Made by a program: the position numbers and the translations under genes | Source: Escherichia phage ESCO5 | Sequence record: NC_047776.2 | Length of the DNA: 64,000 nt | Strand: one strand, 5' to 3' | Shown here: positions 55,774 through 64,000 of the stretch, piece after piece | How the letters are laid out: every line of letters starts with the position of its first letter | Numbering within the stretch: position 1 is the stretch's first letter | The notes under the pieces: model-generated | The model's database searches: none | The model's input: the letters and a program-made list of their open reading frames with translations, nothing else | What the model was told of the DNA's origin: nothing

Positions 55774-55785
55774 ACTAATCTCCTC

Positions 55786-56259
55786 TTAAAGTTTATAAAT
55801 AGTCACATCGTGACCTGTTTTTACTAAAGTTTCTTCAATCATCACTTGGATGATAGCCCAATTACCTCCAGCATATCCAGCGCCAATCATAGGTAAGCCG
55901 ATCTTACATTTTTGGTCACGGAGAAGCACATCATTAGCCATAGCTATTAGTGCATCGTAAAGTGCATCATAGTCCAACTGACGACCTTTAGCATTGTATC
56001 CGTAACGGTATTGCCCGTATAGATTATATACCAAAGGGTCTGATTGTTCGTCTGGCACCCCTAAACTAAAAGAACCTAACTTACTTTGATCACCAGCCAT
56101 TGTGTCTAAATCTGCCGCATATGCATAAGGGAATGCTCGTTTAATTTGCGGAGCAATTCCTGCCCCCATATTACACATACAATTGCAACAATGAGCAATA
56201 ACAGTTACTTCACCTGCTTTAGCGGCATCAATAAGATTACCTGTTTTCATTTTAAGCAT
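55786..56259 (-). CDS. macro-domain protein (TARG1/DarG-type)
   Basis: Start moved to ATG behind AAGGAG RBS (158 aa); VIAHCCNCMCNMGAGIAPQI matches the AHCxxxxCxMGAGIA motif of TARG1-like macrodomains; IGLPMIGAGYAGG second motif. Confidence 0.65.
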   Translation of the reverse strand: MLKMKTGNLIDAAKAGEVTVIAHCCNCMCNMGAGIAPQIKRAFPYAYAADLDTMAGDQSKLGSFSLGVPDEQSDPLVYNLYGQYRYGYNAKGRQLDYDALYDALIAMANDVLLRDQKCKIGLPMIGAGYAGGNWAIIQVMIEETLVKTGHDVTIYKL

Positions 56260-56272
56260 TTTTAGCTCCTTA

Positions 56273-57100
56273 TTACAGAATGTGTTGTTTTGTGTAACGA
56301 TCCAAGAATTCAAAGTTTTCAGCATACTTTGAAATTCGGTTGTAACCTTCTCCCAAACATCCGAAGAAAAGTTGCTCTACATAGTAGTGTGGCAATTGGC
56401 TAAGAATGATTTTGAAGTCTTCGTGATTTTGGCCCATAAGATACTTAATAGGACGAACAAGACACTGTGCATCACGTTCTTCATTAATCATTTTAACAAA
56501 CGCTTCTGGTGTATTGATATAGTTAAAATTCAGTTTAGCTTCAGTATCTGCTTGATTACCTTCATATTTTGCAAAATACAAGAAGTAAACATCATTTTTA
56601 ACTTGATTTTCATCAAGAATCTCAATCAGTTTGTCTTCATGAGTTCCGGTGATATTTACATCATCAATGAACACAAGCTTCTTATCACCCCAGAATTCTT
56701 TGTTGCAGTAGAATGTATCCCCATCAATAAGTTTCTTACGACTAGCTTTATCCAAGAAACCATAATCGTTGATATAGCTAACTTTACGATGAATAATATC
56801 CAGTTCTGCTGAACGACCTTGATCATATTGTGCTTGCAACATATTAAAGTAATTAATAAAATGATCTGTCATCATTGTTGCAGCATTGTGCACATGGTTA
56901 TAAGGAGAAGGGATGATAACAAATTGTTCCCCAATATGTTTCATTGCCACTTGAGCAAAAAACTGAAGTACCAATTCTTTACCCATACGACGCGCAGCTT
57001 GGTTACTACCAAATTTCAATTTTGAATAGTCTTTGATATCAAAAGTAGCAGTTTCCAGGTCATCAAATTTATTTGCAAAAATTTGAGTTTGATTACGCAT
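56273..57100 (-). CDS. phosphoribosyltransferase (type I PRTase fold)
   Basis: 275 aa; PRPP-binding motif KKLVFIDDVNITGTHE. Confidence 0.65.
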   Translation of the reverse strand: MRNQTQIFANKFDDLETATFDIKDYSKLKFGSNQAARRMGKELVLQFFAQVAMKHIGEQFVIIPSPYNHVHNAATMMTDHFINYFNMLQAQYDQGRSAELDIIHRKVSYINDYGFLDKASRKKLIDGDTFYCNKEFWGDKKLVFIDDVNITGTHEDKLIEILDENQVKNDVYFLYFAKYEGNQADTEAKLNFNYINTPEAFVKMINEERDAQCLVRPIKYLMGQNHEDFKIILSQLPHYYVEQLFFGCLGEGYNRISKYAENFEFLDRYTKQHIL

Positions 57101-57749
57101 TTACAATTTCTCCTCTTTTAAGTTTCTCTAGTAAGTCGTTAGGGTTCTTAATATGACAGAAGTTAATCCCTATGTCAACACATTTACCATCAAATTCTTC
57201 GCTGTCCCCAACATGTAAAATCTCTTCAGCCTTCAAAGGAATGCTTGAATATGTGGCGGTCCTAACAAAGAATCTAGGATCTGGTTTACATAACAGATGT
57301 TCGTCTGAAAAATGCATAAATTCAAAACAATTCCAACTGTCGAACATACAAGCACGACGCAAAATATCCCCAGATATAAAATTAGTATTGCTTTTAATAC
57401 TAAGATCATATTTACCAGACAAGTATAGCAAACAAACTGGCAAATCTAAAGCGATATGTGGAGGAAATTTAAGAAACCATTGCTCACAATCAAAACGCAT
57501 TTGTGCAGATTCTACAGGGGTTAAACCTATCTTTCTTCCCAACATATTCCATGCATATGCTACACCTTCTGCACACCCATTTAGTGCAGCATTATCCATA
57601 ATTTCTTTGGCATCTTTATATGCTTCTTTTGCCGCACGTTCAGACATTCTACCATATGTAGCAATAGTGTGCGTACGTGCATCTGCATAGTTTTGATTGG
57701 CAGAAATAAGAGTATTCCATACATCAAAAGAAATATGTTTTATTGTCAT
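57093..57749 (-). CDS. HAD-superfamily hydrolase
   Basis: Start moved to ATG just after upstream stop (218 aa); motif I ISFDVWNTL and motif IV VGDSEEFDGK. Confidence 0.5.
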   Translation of the reverse strand: MTIKHISFDVWNTLISANQNYADARTHTIATYGRMSERAAKEAYKDAKEIMDNAALNGCAEGVAYAWNMLGRKIGLTPVESAQMRFDCEQWFLKFPPHIALDLPVCLLYLSGKYDLSIKSNTNFISGDILRRACMFDSWNCFEFMHFSDEHLLCKPDPRFFVRTATYSSIPLKAEEILHVGDSEEFDGKCVDIGINFCHIKNPNDLLEKLKRGEIVNA

Positions 57750-57750
57750 A

Positions 57751-58356
57751 CTAGGCCCACCACGCATCAAGATTTAAGTTACTGTCTACCACAACTTGTT
57801 CTATGTGGTAGCCTTTTATCTGTATCCCACTGTTCAAGAGCATATCATATGCTTCATTGAAACGCAACTTATCTTCTGCGGAATATAAGCGAGCATTGTA
57901 AAATCGGTAATCAAGTTCTTCAGCATTAGAAGAAATACGGAAGAAGTTTGTTTCTACTTCAGGATCACTTGCTGAAGTTTTAATGTGAACTTCTCCGTAA
58001 TTTTCTTTGCTTAGATCCATGAAAAGAACACAGGCAACATGTTTAAACATTCGTTCCAGTTTGTAACGAACAACATTGAAACCTGCGTTCTCAAGTTTTT
58101 CTACACATTGCAACATTAACGTAGTGTCGAGATCGCTTTGATACTTTGTTAACATACGATCACGTTGAGACTTTGTATCCCGATGTAAATCAATTGTTGT
58201 GCATTTGGCACCAATGATCTTAGCTGCTTTCATCAACTCTTCAGAACTAACGTTAGATAAAGTAAGATGAAAATGGGCTTTCCACACTTTTTTAGCAGGG
58301 ACACCAAAAGATTTATCCCCACTATTCGGCATGTTGACTACTACACTATGTTGCAT
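57751..58356 (-). CDS. hypothetical protein (possible 2H-phosphoesterase-like)
   Basis: 201 aa; one HxTx motif (HFHLTL); second motif not clear. Confidence 0.4.
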   Translation of the reverse strand: MQHSVVVNMPNSGDKSFGVPAKKVWKAHFHLTLSNVSSEELMKAAKIIGAKCTTIDLHRDTKSQRDRMLTKYQSDLDTTLMLQCVEKLENAGFNVVRYKLERMFKHVACVLFMDLSKENYGEVHIKTSASDPEVETNFFRISSNAEELDYRFYNARLYSAEDKLRFNEAYDMLLNSGIQIKGYHIEQVVVDSNLNLDAWWA

Positions 58357-58371
58357 TACTTATCTCCTCAC

Positions 58372-58596
58372 TTAAAATGGAAGTCTTTGAAGTTCATCTC
58401 CTCCGATATCAAGTAATTTAGCAACATCTCGATCAGAAAGCAACTCTTTTCTTTGTAAAATATCCACAAGGGTTGCAAGAATGTCCTTAACGTCCCGATC
58501 ACTGTTCTTCAAAAGTTCTCCTGCCGTCCCTACCCTATCTCCTACAGCAAAATATGTAACCATAAAACCTCCTACGCTAATCTGATTGCCAACCAC
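58372..58596 (-). CDS. hypothetical small protein
   Basis: 74 aa; likely starts at internal Met because 5' end overlaps nrdG. Confidence 0.4.
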   Translation of the reverse strand: MVGNQISVGGFMVTYFAVGDRVGTAGELLKNSDRDVKDILATLVDILQRKELLSDRDVAKLLDIGGDELQRLPF

Positions 58597-59047
58597 TCGC
58601 CGTTTTGGTCCATAATCTTTGATTATCTGACCCTCTGAAAGGTTTTGTGGTTGGATTGTTTATTTCATACTTTCCGTCTACAATAATGTCAACAAGATTT
58701 TTAATATACAAAGGCACTTCCTCAAAAGTATATCCTGTATACACCATTATATCTTTGCTTGACCCATAAACGTCTCTAACCTTTTCTATAAGGTTTTTAA
58801 CATTGTAAATATTCTGCGGATCTAATGGTTCTCCTCCTAAAATTGTTAAACCTTTTACAAACGGTCTTGACAAATCTTTTAAAACTTGCTCTACATTTTC
58901 GTTAGTGAACGGTTTCCCATAAGAATAAGACCAGGCTTTCTGGTTAAAACAGCCACGACAACCGTGGCTACAACCACTAACCCAGAGGGAGCACCTAACT
59001 CCCTCACCATTAATAAGATCTACAGGTTCATATCCTGCAAAATTCAA
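58577..59047 (-). CDS. nrdG: anaerobic ribonucleotide reductase activating protein
   Basis: 156 aa; radical-SAM CxxxCxxC motif in CSHGCRGC; immediately downstream of nrdD with overlapping stop/start. Confidence 0.85.
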   Translation of the reverse strand: MNFAGYEPVDLINGEGVRCSLWVSGCSHGCRGCFNQKAWSYSYGKPFTNENVEQVLKDLSRPFVKGLTILGGEPLDPQNIYNVKNLIEKVRDVYGSSKDIMVYTGYTFEEVPLYIKNLVDIIVDGKYEINNPTTKPFRGSDNQRLWTKTASGWQSD

Positions 59048-60858
59048 AGATGTTTCTCCCTTTGCAAAACTTCCTGCATTTTACCTTTGTTATAAGGCCG
59101 TGAATTAGGGGCAGAAAGATACCCTGATACACGTCTAACTACAGAAATAGTTTCTTCTTCATGGTTGCCACAATTAGGACACTCAAACCCTTTAGCCGTT
59201 GCCTTAAATTCTCCATGAAAACCACACTTAAAGCATTGATCCACGGGCTGATTAATACCAAAATAGTGAATATGTTCATAAGCGTAGTCTACTAAAGTCT
59301 CCAAAGCTTCTAAGTTATTCTTTAAGTTTGGTGTTTCGACATAACTTATGTTACCACCATTGCTAATCTGTGCAAAACCTGCTTCATAATCCCATTTTTC
59401 AAAAGGATTTGTTACCAACCATACAGGTTGATGAAAAGAATTAGTAAGATAGTCTCTTTCTACCAGACCTGGATATTTTTCATTTAAAGCTGTTGCAAAT
59501 TTATAGCACAAGGATTCTGCTGGAGTTCCATAAAGACTAAATGCCAACTTAGATCGTTCTTTAAACACAGCACACACATCTTTCATATGTTGCAGAATGT
59601 TTTTACCTAGTTCCTTTTTATCTTTTTCCTCTGGATAAAGGATTTCCAAAGCTTCGGCAAGACCTACATAACCAATACTAATAGAAGCATAACCACCTTC
59701 AAACAAAGCACCAATTTCATCGTTGGCATTTAAACGCGCTAAAGCCCCTTCCATGAAAAGAATAGGGTTTTCAGATGCTTTGGTATGTCTGATACGGTTT
59801 ACACGTAGCATGTGAGCATCGTAGGCTATCTCCATATGTTTATTAAGAAGATCGGTGAAAGATTCTCCTTTACTTCTCGCTTCCGCAGCAATCAGAGGCA
59901 AGTTGATAGAAACTACTCCAAGGTTGAATCGTCCATCATATTTTTCTCCTTGTTCGGTGGCATAGTACGACAAAAAGGAACGACAACCCATACTCGTAAC
60001 GGTACCATCTGCTGATCCCGTAACTTCTTTGTTCAAAGGAACAGAAATAAAATCTGGATAAATACGATCAGCACAACATGCCAAAGCTTGTTGCTTAAGG
60101 TCGTAGTTAGGATCACTAGGTTTCATGTTAACACCTTCTTGTAAAAAGAAAATAACTTTAGGGAATACAGGCGTTACATGATCTTTACCTAGACCGTTAC
60201 TATGCACTTTAAGATAGTTAGCTGTGATCATTCTGCCAAAAACAGAGGTATCCAGACCCATACTGATTGTAATAAAAGGAGATTGTCCATTAACACTCAT
60301 TAAAGTGTTAACCTGATACAAAAGAGTTTGCATAGCGTCATATACATCTTGTTCGGTCATTTCTAGGGCTTCTTTCCTTGCATAACAACCGTAGCGACGT
60401 TTGGTTATCTCCATGTTTTTAAGGAAACTGGCTTCAACATAAGGACTAAGACCTTTATCAATGTGCGCACACGTCTGACCTCCATACTGACTGGAGGCAA
60501 CAGCTTGGATGATTTGAGTTAGCACTGTAGTAGCTACTCCAATAGATTTTGGTTTTTCTATCTGTGCAGCACCGATCTTAAAACCATTCTCTAACATATC
60601 TTGATAATTAACAAGACAACAGTTTGTAAGAGGAGAGAGCAGATAATCCAAGTCGTGAATATGTCCAAAACCTTCTGTATGCCATTCTGACAAGTTTTTT
60701 GGCAGTATCTGTGTCATTGCCATATGTTTGCTTAAAATCCCCGCCAAGAGATCCCTGTGCGTGTTAACAAGGTGGGAAGGTTTGTTTGCATTCTCTCTAG
60801 TGTATGTTTCTGAAGTGCGATCTAAAAAAGAAAAAACATCTTGGTACAAATCTTTCAT
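59044..60858 (-). CDS. nrdD: anaerobic ribonucleoside-triphosphate reductase (class III)
   Basis: 604 aa; C-terminal zinc ribbon CFKCG...CPNCG and glycyl-radical motif RVSGYL. Confidence 0.9.
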   Translation of the reverse strand: MKDLYQDVFSFLDRTSETYTRENANKPSHLVNTHRDLLAGILSKHMAMTQILPKNLSEWHTEGFGHIHDLDYLLSPLTNCCLVNYQDMLENGFKIGAAQIEKPKSIGVATTVLTQIIQAVASSQYGGQTCAHIDKGLSPYVEASFLKNMEITKRRYGCYARKEALEMTEQDVYDAMQTLLYQVNTLMSVNGQSPFITISMGLDTSVFGRMITANYLKVHSNGLGKDHVTPVFPKVIFFLQEGVNMKPSDPNYDLKQQALACCADRIYPDFISVPLNKEVTGSADGTVTSMGCRSFLSYYATEQGEKYDGRFNLGVVSINLPLIAAEARSKGESFTDLLNKHMEIAYDAHMLRVNRIRHTKASENPILFMEGALARLNANDEIGALFEGGYASISIGYVGLAEALEILYPEEKDKKELGKNILQHMKDVCAVFKERSKLAFSLYGTPAESLCYKFATALNEKYPGLVERDYLTNSFHQPVWLVTNPFEKWDYEAGFAQISNGGNISYVETPNLKNNLEALETLVDYAYEHIHYFGINQPVDQCFKCGFHGEFKATAKGFECPNCGNHEEETISVVRRVSGYLSAPNSRPYNKGKMQEVLQREKHL

Positions 60859-60932
60859 TATTAATCCTTATTTTGTGAGTAGAACTATTATTCTACCTCT
60901 TTCAACCGAAAAAAGCTTTGAGGGAAATCAAA

Positions 60933-60953
60933 AAAGGCGCAAAGTGCGCCTTT
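60933..60953 (-). terminator. rho-independent terminator upstream of nrdD
   Basis: On minus strand AAAGGCGC-acuuu-GCGCCUUU followed by UUUUGAUUU. Confidence 0.65.
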
Positions 60954-60961
60954 AAGTTTTA

Positions 60962-62347
60962 TCATTTGGAGAGGAATTGTCTTCCCATGATCTTACCGTT
61001 CTTCACAGCGGTCCCATCGTGTCCATTGTAATCCCAGGTTCCATCGATATTACGCAAGAAGCTATCACGAACAGTATAGGCTTTACCGTTCTCTACTTTA
61101 CTTTCTTCCACAATGATTGCCATAACAAGCTTATTTTCAATTTCGGTAGTAACCGATTCTTTGATACCCTCTGTAACTTCACGATCATATTGGATATAAA
61201 CTCGCTCCTCGGTTACTTGCACGTCTACCACATTTTTAAATGTGTAGGTCTGTTGCGTAGTGTAGAGGACACGAACGACACTCTTCTTACCTACCGGAGG
61301 CTTCTTACGAGGCTTACGGTAACGTGGTTTAGGGTTGTTAGTTGGAAGCCAACCAACAATATCCCGATCATATCCAACATGACCCCAAGTGAAATGCGTA
61401 GCCGATCCACTATCCGTAGTTCCGTCACGAAAGAGAACTTCTACGTGACCACCACAAGGGCGGTGTCCACCATTATTATAGTTGTATTTTGCCGTGCGCG
61501 GGAGAATGAAGTATTCTTTAATCGCCCACTCTTCCAGATTGTCGATATTCCAAGTGAATACTGTTCCCTTAGCAACATCTGTTTGACCATTGTTGAAGCG
61601 AACCTGCACGAAATCTTCCGAAGGCATAACACCTGTGTTCGGCAGATATTCAAATGCAGTATCTTCCGCTACAAACTGTTCTTCCTCTTGCTCCTCAATA
61701 CTTGGCACAGGCGCAGCTTCATCGTATTTCGCAGCAAACATATTTTTAAATTCTTGAGCCGTGACTTCTACAAGGCCGCGATCACCAGTAGCAGCAGAGT
61801 GTGGGCGTGGTAAATCCCCAACTTCAATATGCATTGCATCTAAGCCTGCTTGACGATCAAAGAAGATAACCTTGCGGAATTGTTTATCTTTATATTGTGG
61901 CAGTTCATACATACTTGGATCGATTGTCTTCAAACGTTCAGCATCTTCTGGCTTCCAGAAGCTTTTACCTGTTGCAAATCTAAAGTCTACCAGTAGTTTA
62001 ACAACATCTCCTAATGATAAACTATCTGCATCTACGAAAACGTCTTCGATTCCCAATAACCCTGATTTCTTAAGAATCAAATCTAACATGTAACCTCCTG
62101 TGGTTTGTTCTGCGTCTGGATAACGATCAACACTGGTGCTGGTTACACCGTTTATTTCACCAGTGGAGGCATTGTAGGAAATATATGGGAAGGTCATATC
62201 GTTCATTGCAAAATCACCTGAACAGGTTGGATCATCTTCTCCCTCCCAGCCATACACCTTCACAATACCTTCACACAATTTGTCATACACACCAGCGCGA
62301 CGTGCTGCTTCAGCAACTTCCTGTTTACGGGCAAATTTATTAATCAT
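60962..62347 (-). CDS. hypothetical protein
   Basis: Start moved to ATG behind AGGAGGA (461 aa); no recognisable motifs. Confidence 0.5.
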   Translation of the reverse strand: MINKFARKQEVAEAARRAGVYDKLCEGIVKVYGWEGEDDPTCSGDFAMNDMTFPYISYNASTGEINGVTSTSVDRYPDAEQTTGGYMLDLILKKSGLLGIEDVFVDADSLSLGDVVKLLVDFRFATGKSFWKPEDAERLKTIDPSMYELPQYKDKQFRKVIFFDRQAGLDAMHIEVGDLPRPHSAATGDRGLVEVTAQEFKNMFAAKYDEAAPVPSIEEQEEEQFVAEDTAFEYLPNTGVMPSEDFVQVRFNNGQTDVAKGTVFTWNIDNLEEWAIKEYFILPRTAKYNYNNGGHRPCGGHVEVLFRDGTTDSGSATHFTWGHVGYDRDIVGWLPTNNPKPRYRKPRKKPPVGKKSVVRVLYTTQQTYTFKNVVDVQVTEERVYIQYDREVTEGIKESVTTEIENKLVMAIIVEESKVENGKAYTVRDSFLRNIDGTWDYNGHDGTAVKNGKIMGRQFLSK

Positions 62348-62897
62348 GATTCCTCCTGTTAATTGCCATAGATGCACGAGGTTCGGCTATGGCTGTTGCA
62401 TAAATATATGGATGACCTTGTGGGGACAATCTTGTTCCGAATGACCCTAATTCTAAACCATTCATGTCTTCCACGTCAAGCCCTATTTCTGTTTCTACAA
62501 TTCTTGTTTGGACTTTGTAGTAGGTCCAGAAGAAGTATCGCATTTCTTCGGCATACTCTTTCACTTCACCAAAGCTGGGATAGAACTCAATCAACTCCAG
62601 CTTCAAGAAGATGTTGAAGTGAGAATCATCCAACACTTCCTCTGTGCGGTAACATGGTGTCAGGGCCATGTAGGGATGACCAGCGATAAACTCGTAGCCA
62701 TCCTTTTCCATTTGCAAGAATGATTGCTCGGCACTGGCAACATAAAACTTCCCATTAGGATGCCCCAAAGGAGCATCTTCTTTGCCAGGTGGCAGTGTGA
62801 ATGCCAAAATATCTGCATCCACTAAATAAGGAACATCTAACATTTCAGCAAAGCGTCCATAACTCTGGATGGCTTCGGCAATCACACCTGTGTTCAT
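62340..62897 (-). CDS. hypothetical protein with class II aminoacyl-tRNA-synthetase-like motif 2
   Basis: 185 aa; CYRTEEVLDDSHFNIFLKLELIEFY resembles class II aaRS motif 2 (fRxE...H..eFt.lE.Y); only partial core present. Confidence 0.3.
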   Translation of the reverse strand: MNTGVIAEAIQSYGRFAEMLDVPYLVDADILAFTLPPGKEDAPLGHPNGKFYVASAEQSFLQMEKDGYEFIAGHPYMALTPCYRTEEVLDDSHFNIFLKLELIEFYPSFGEVKEYAEEMRYFFWTYYKVQTRIVETEIGLDVEDMNGLELGSFGTRLSPQGHPYIYATAIAEPRASMAINRRNHD

Positions 62898-63145
62898 GAC
62901 CTTCCTCCTGTGCGGAAAGCGCGTTTAGTAATGTTGGACATAATGATTAAATCTTGTAAAGTCATATCTGGGAACTGTTGTTCTAAAACTCCCTCGACAG
63001 CCCCTATAATATCTGACAATTCAACAAGTTGCATTATTTTGCAATCCTGCTCAACAGCATCAAAAAGTTCTTCTACTTCCTCTTTAATCTTTTCTATGCT
63101 GCCATAAGGTTGTTTCTTAATGTCTGTTATGTGATACCCTGCCAT
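62894..63145 (-). CDS. MazG-like nucleotide pyrophosphohydrolase, candidate
   Basis: 83 aa all-helical; EExxE-type motif IKEEVEELFDAVEQD. Confidence 0.4.
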   Translation of the reverse strand: MAGYHITDIKKQPYGSIEKIKEEVEELFDAVEQDCKIMQLVELSDIIGAVEGVLEQQFPDMTLQDLIIMSNITKRAFRTGGRS

Positions 63146-64000
63146 TTAACGATCCTCTCTGATTTGATTAATCTTACGAGCAAGGGCAGCTATAAGCTTA
63201 TCTTCTTCAGATACAGGAGCCGTGCTCTTACCTAAACGATGCATGTCTAAAATCTCTTGAACAGTTCGGTTCCATTGCAGACATTTAATACAACGTGTAT
63301 GTGCAACATACAGAAGATTTCGTTCTGATTCTTCAAGACCTACCCACTCACCCTTCTTATCGTAATTAGAAGGGAAGTCATTTGCAACAATAACCTGATC
63401 CCATTCCAAACCTTTTGATTTGTGGGCTGTAGTTAAAGTAACTTTAGCCGTTGGAGAGTTACGGTGCATACGTAAAGTGTATGCAATATTATTAGCTTTA
63501 CCAGAAACAACAATGTTTAAAAGTCGTTTTGCATCAGGATCTGATTCTGCACACTCTACAAATTCTTCCCAAGAAGTGTAAGGTAGAACTGTCTCATGCT
63601 TAACTTTGTCCAAATCACCTCTACGTAAAGCATTAACACTATCAACCATAGAAATGAAATCTTTGGTATCTACGTTAATAATAATCTCTTCTCCGTTAGC
63701 GATTCGGTCCATAGCTTCGAGCAACAGGGTCAAATTCTTACGGAAAATAATGGTGTAAGGTTTACTATAATCTACCACATCAGAATGAAAACTTCCAGTG
63801 ACAGTATCATAACCTTTCCCTACCAGCGGATGCTTCAGAGGTGAGCGATCAGAAAGGATCGCATTAGCAATGTCCGCAACTTTAGGACCAAAGCGAAAAC
63901 AAGCTGTCAGAGGCAACTCAACCCCATATGTAGCCGTTTGCTTCATCATGTTCTGGCTTCCACGGAACTGATAAATACTCTGAAACTCATCACCCACAAC
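63146..64000 (-). CDS. UvrD/PcrA-type SF1 helicase, C-terminal part (gene continues beyond window)
   Basis: GDEFQSIYQFRG (motif III), TAHKSKGLEWDQVIV and LLYVAHTRC (motifs V/VI); N-terminal ATPase motifs lie outside window. Confidence 0.75.
   Translation of the reverse strand, partial: VVGDEFQSIYQFRGSQNMMKQTATYGVELPLTACFRFGPKVADIANAILSDRSPLKHPLVGKGYDTVTGSFHSDVVDYSKPYTIIFRKNLTLLLEAMDRIANGEEIIINVDTKDFISMVDSVNALRRGDLDKVKHETVLPYTSWEEFVECAESDPDAKRLLNIVVSGKANNIAYTLRMHRNSPTAKVTLTTAHKSKGLEWDQVIVANDFPSNYDKKGEWVGLEESERNLLYVAHTRCIKCLQWNRTVQEILDMHRLGKSTAPVSEEDKLIAALARKINQIREDR

Noticed and set aside
60859-60932. Possible promoter upstream of nrdD (TTGAAA ... TAGAAT, AAGCTTT box)
   Set aside because: Hexamer spacing does not fit sigma70 (4 nt or more than 20 nt) and the MotA-box-like match is imperfect; left as unassigned regulatory region.
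1-64000. Prophage or temperate markers (integrase, repressor, att sites) and tRNA genes
   Set aside because: No tyrosine/serine recombinase motifs or CI-like repressors recognised; intergenic spaces are under 110 nt and contain only hairpins or promoters, leaving no room for a tRNA cloverleaf.

Overview
This window is a 64-kb slice of a large, virulent, contractile-tailed dsDNA phage genome. No integrase or repressor is visible. The host is probably an enterobacterium, judged from sigma70-type promoters, Shine-Dalgarno sites and an SSB C-terminal tail identical to the E. coli SSB tail motif. Two convergent arms meet at a bidirectional terminator near 34.06 kb. The plus arm (25-34050) is morphogenesis: scaffold-like, lambda gpD-like decoration and lambda gpE-type major capsid proteins, neck proteins, tail sheath, tail tube, tail assembly chaperones with a candidate -1 frameshift, tape measure, a P2/Mu-ordered baseplate (hub, HxH spike, W-, J- and I-like) and seven long fibre or tailspike genes. 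The minus arm (34107-64000) is replication and accessory: SSB, a minimal CCA/poly(A)-polymerase-type nucleotidyltransferase, a T7-type family A DNA polymerase interrupted by a candidate intein, an adenine-type methyltransferase, a T7 gp4-like primase-helicase, four glycosyltransferase-like genes and a signal-peptide SleB-like hydrolase. It continues with an accessory island encoding TerD, a vWA (TerY-like) protein, a TelA-like protein, TerC, a TARG1-type macro domain, a phosphoribosyltransferase and a HAD hydrolase, then anaerobic RNR NrdD/NrdG, a MazG-like protein and the 3' part of a UvrD-like helicase. The Ter/PRTase/HAD/macro island is the most unusual content. All calls rest on motif recognition by eye and gene context; no database search was run. 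Hand-derived coordinates (regulatory sites, adjusted starts, small ORFs) may be off by 1-2 nt.
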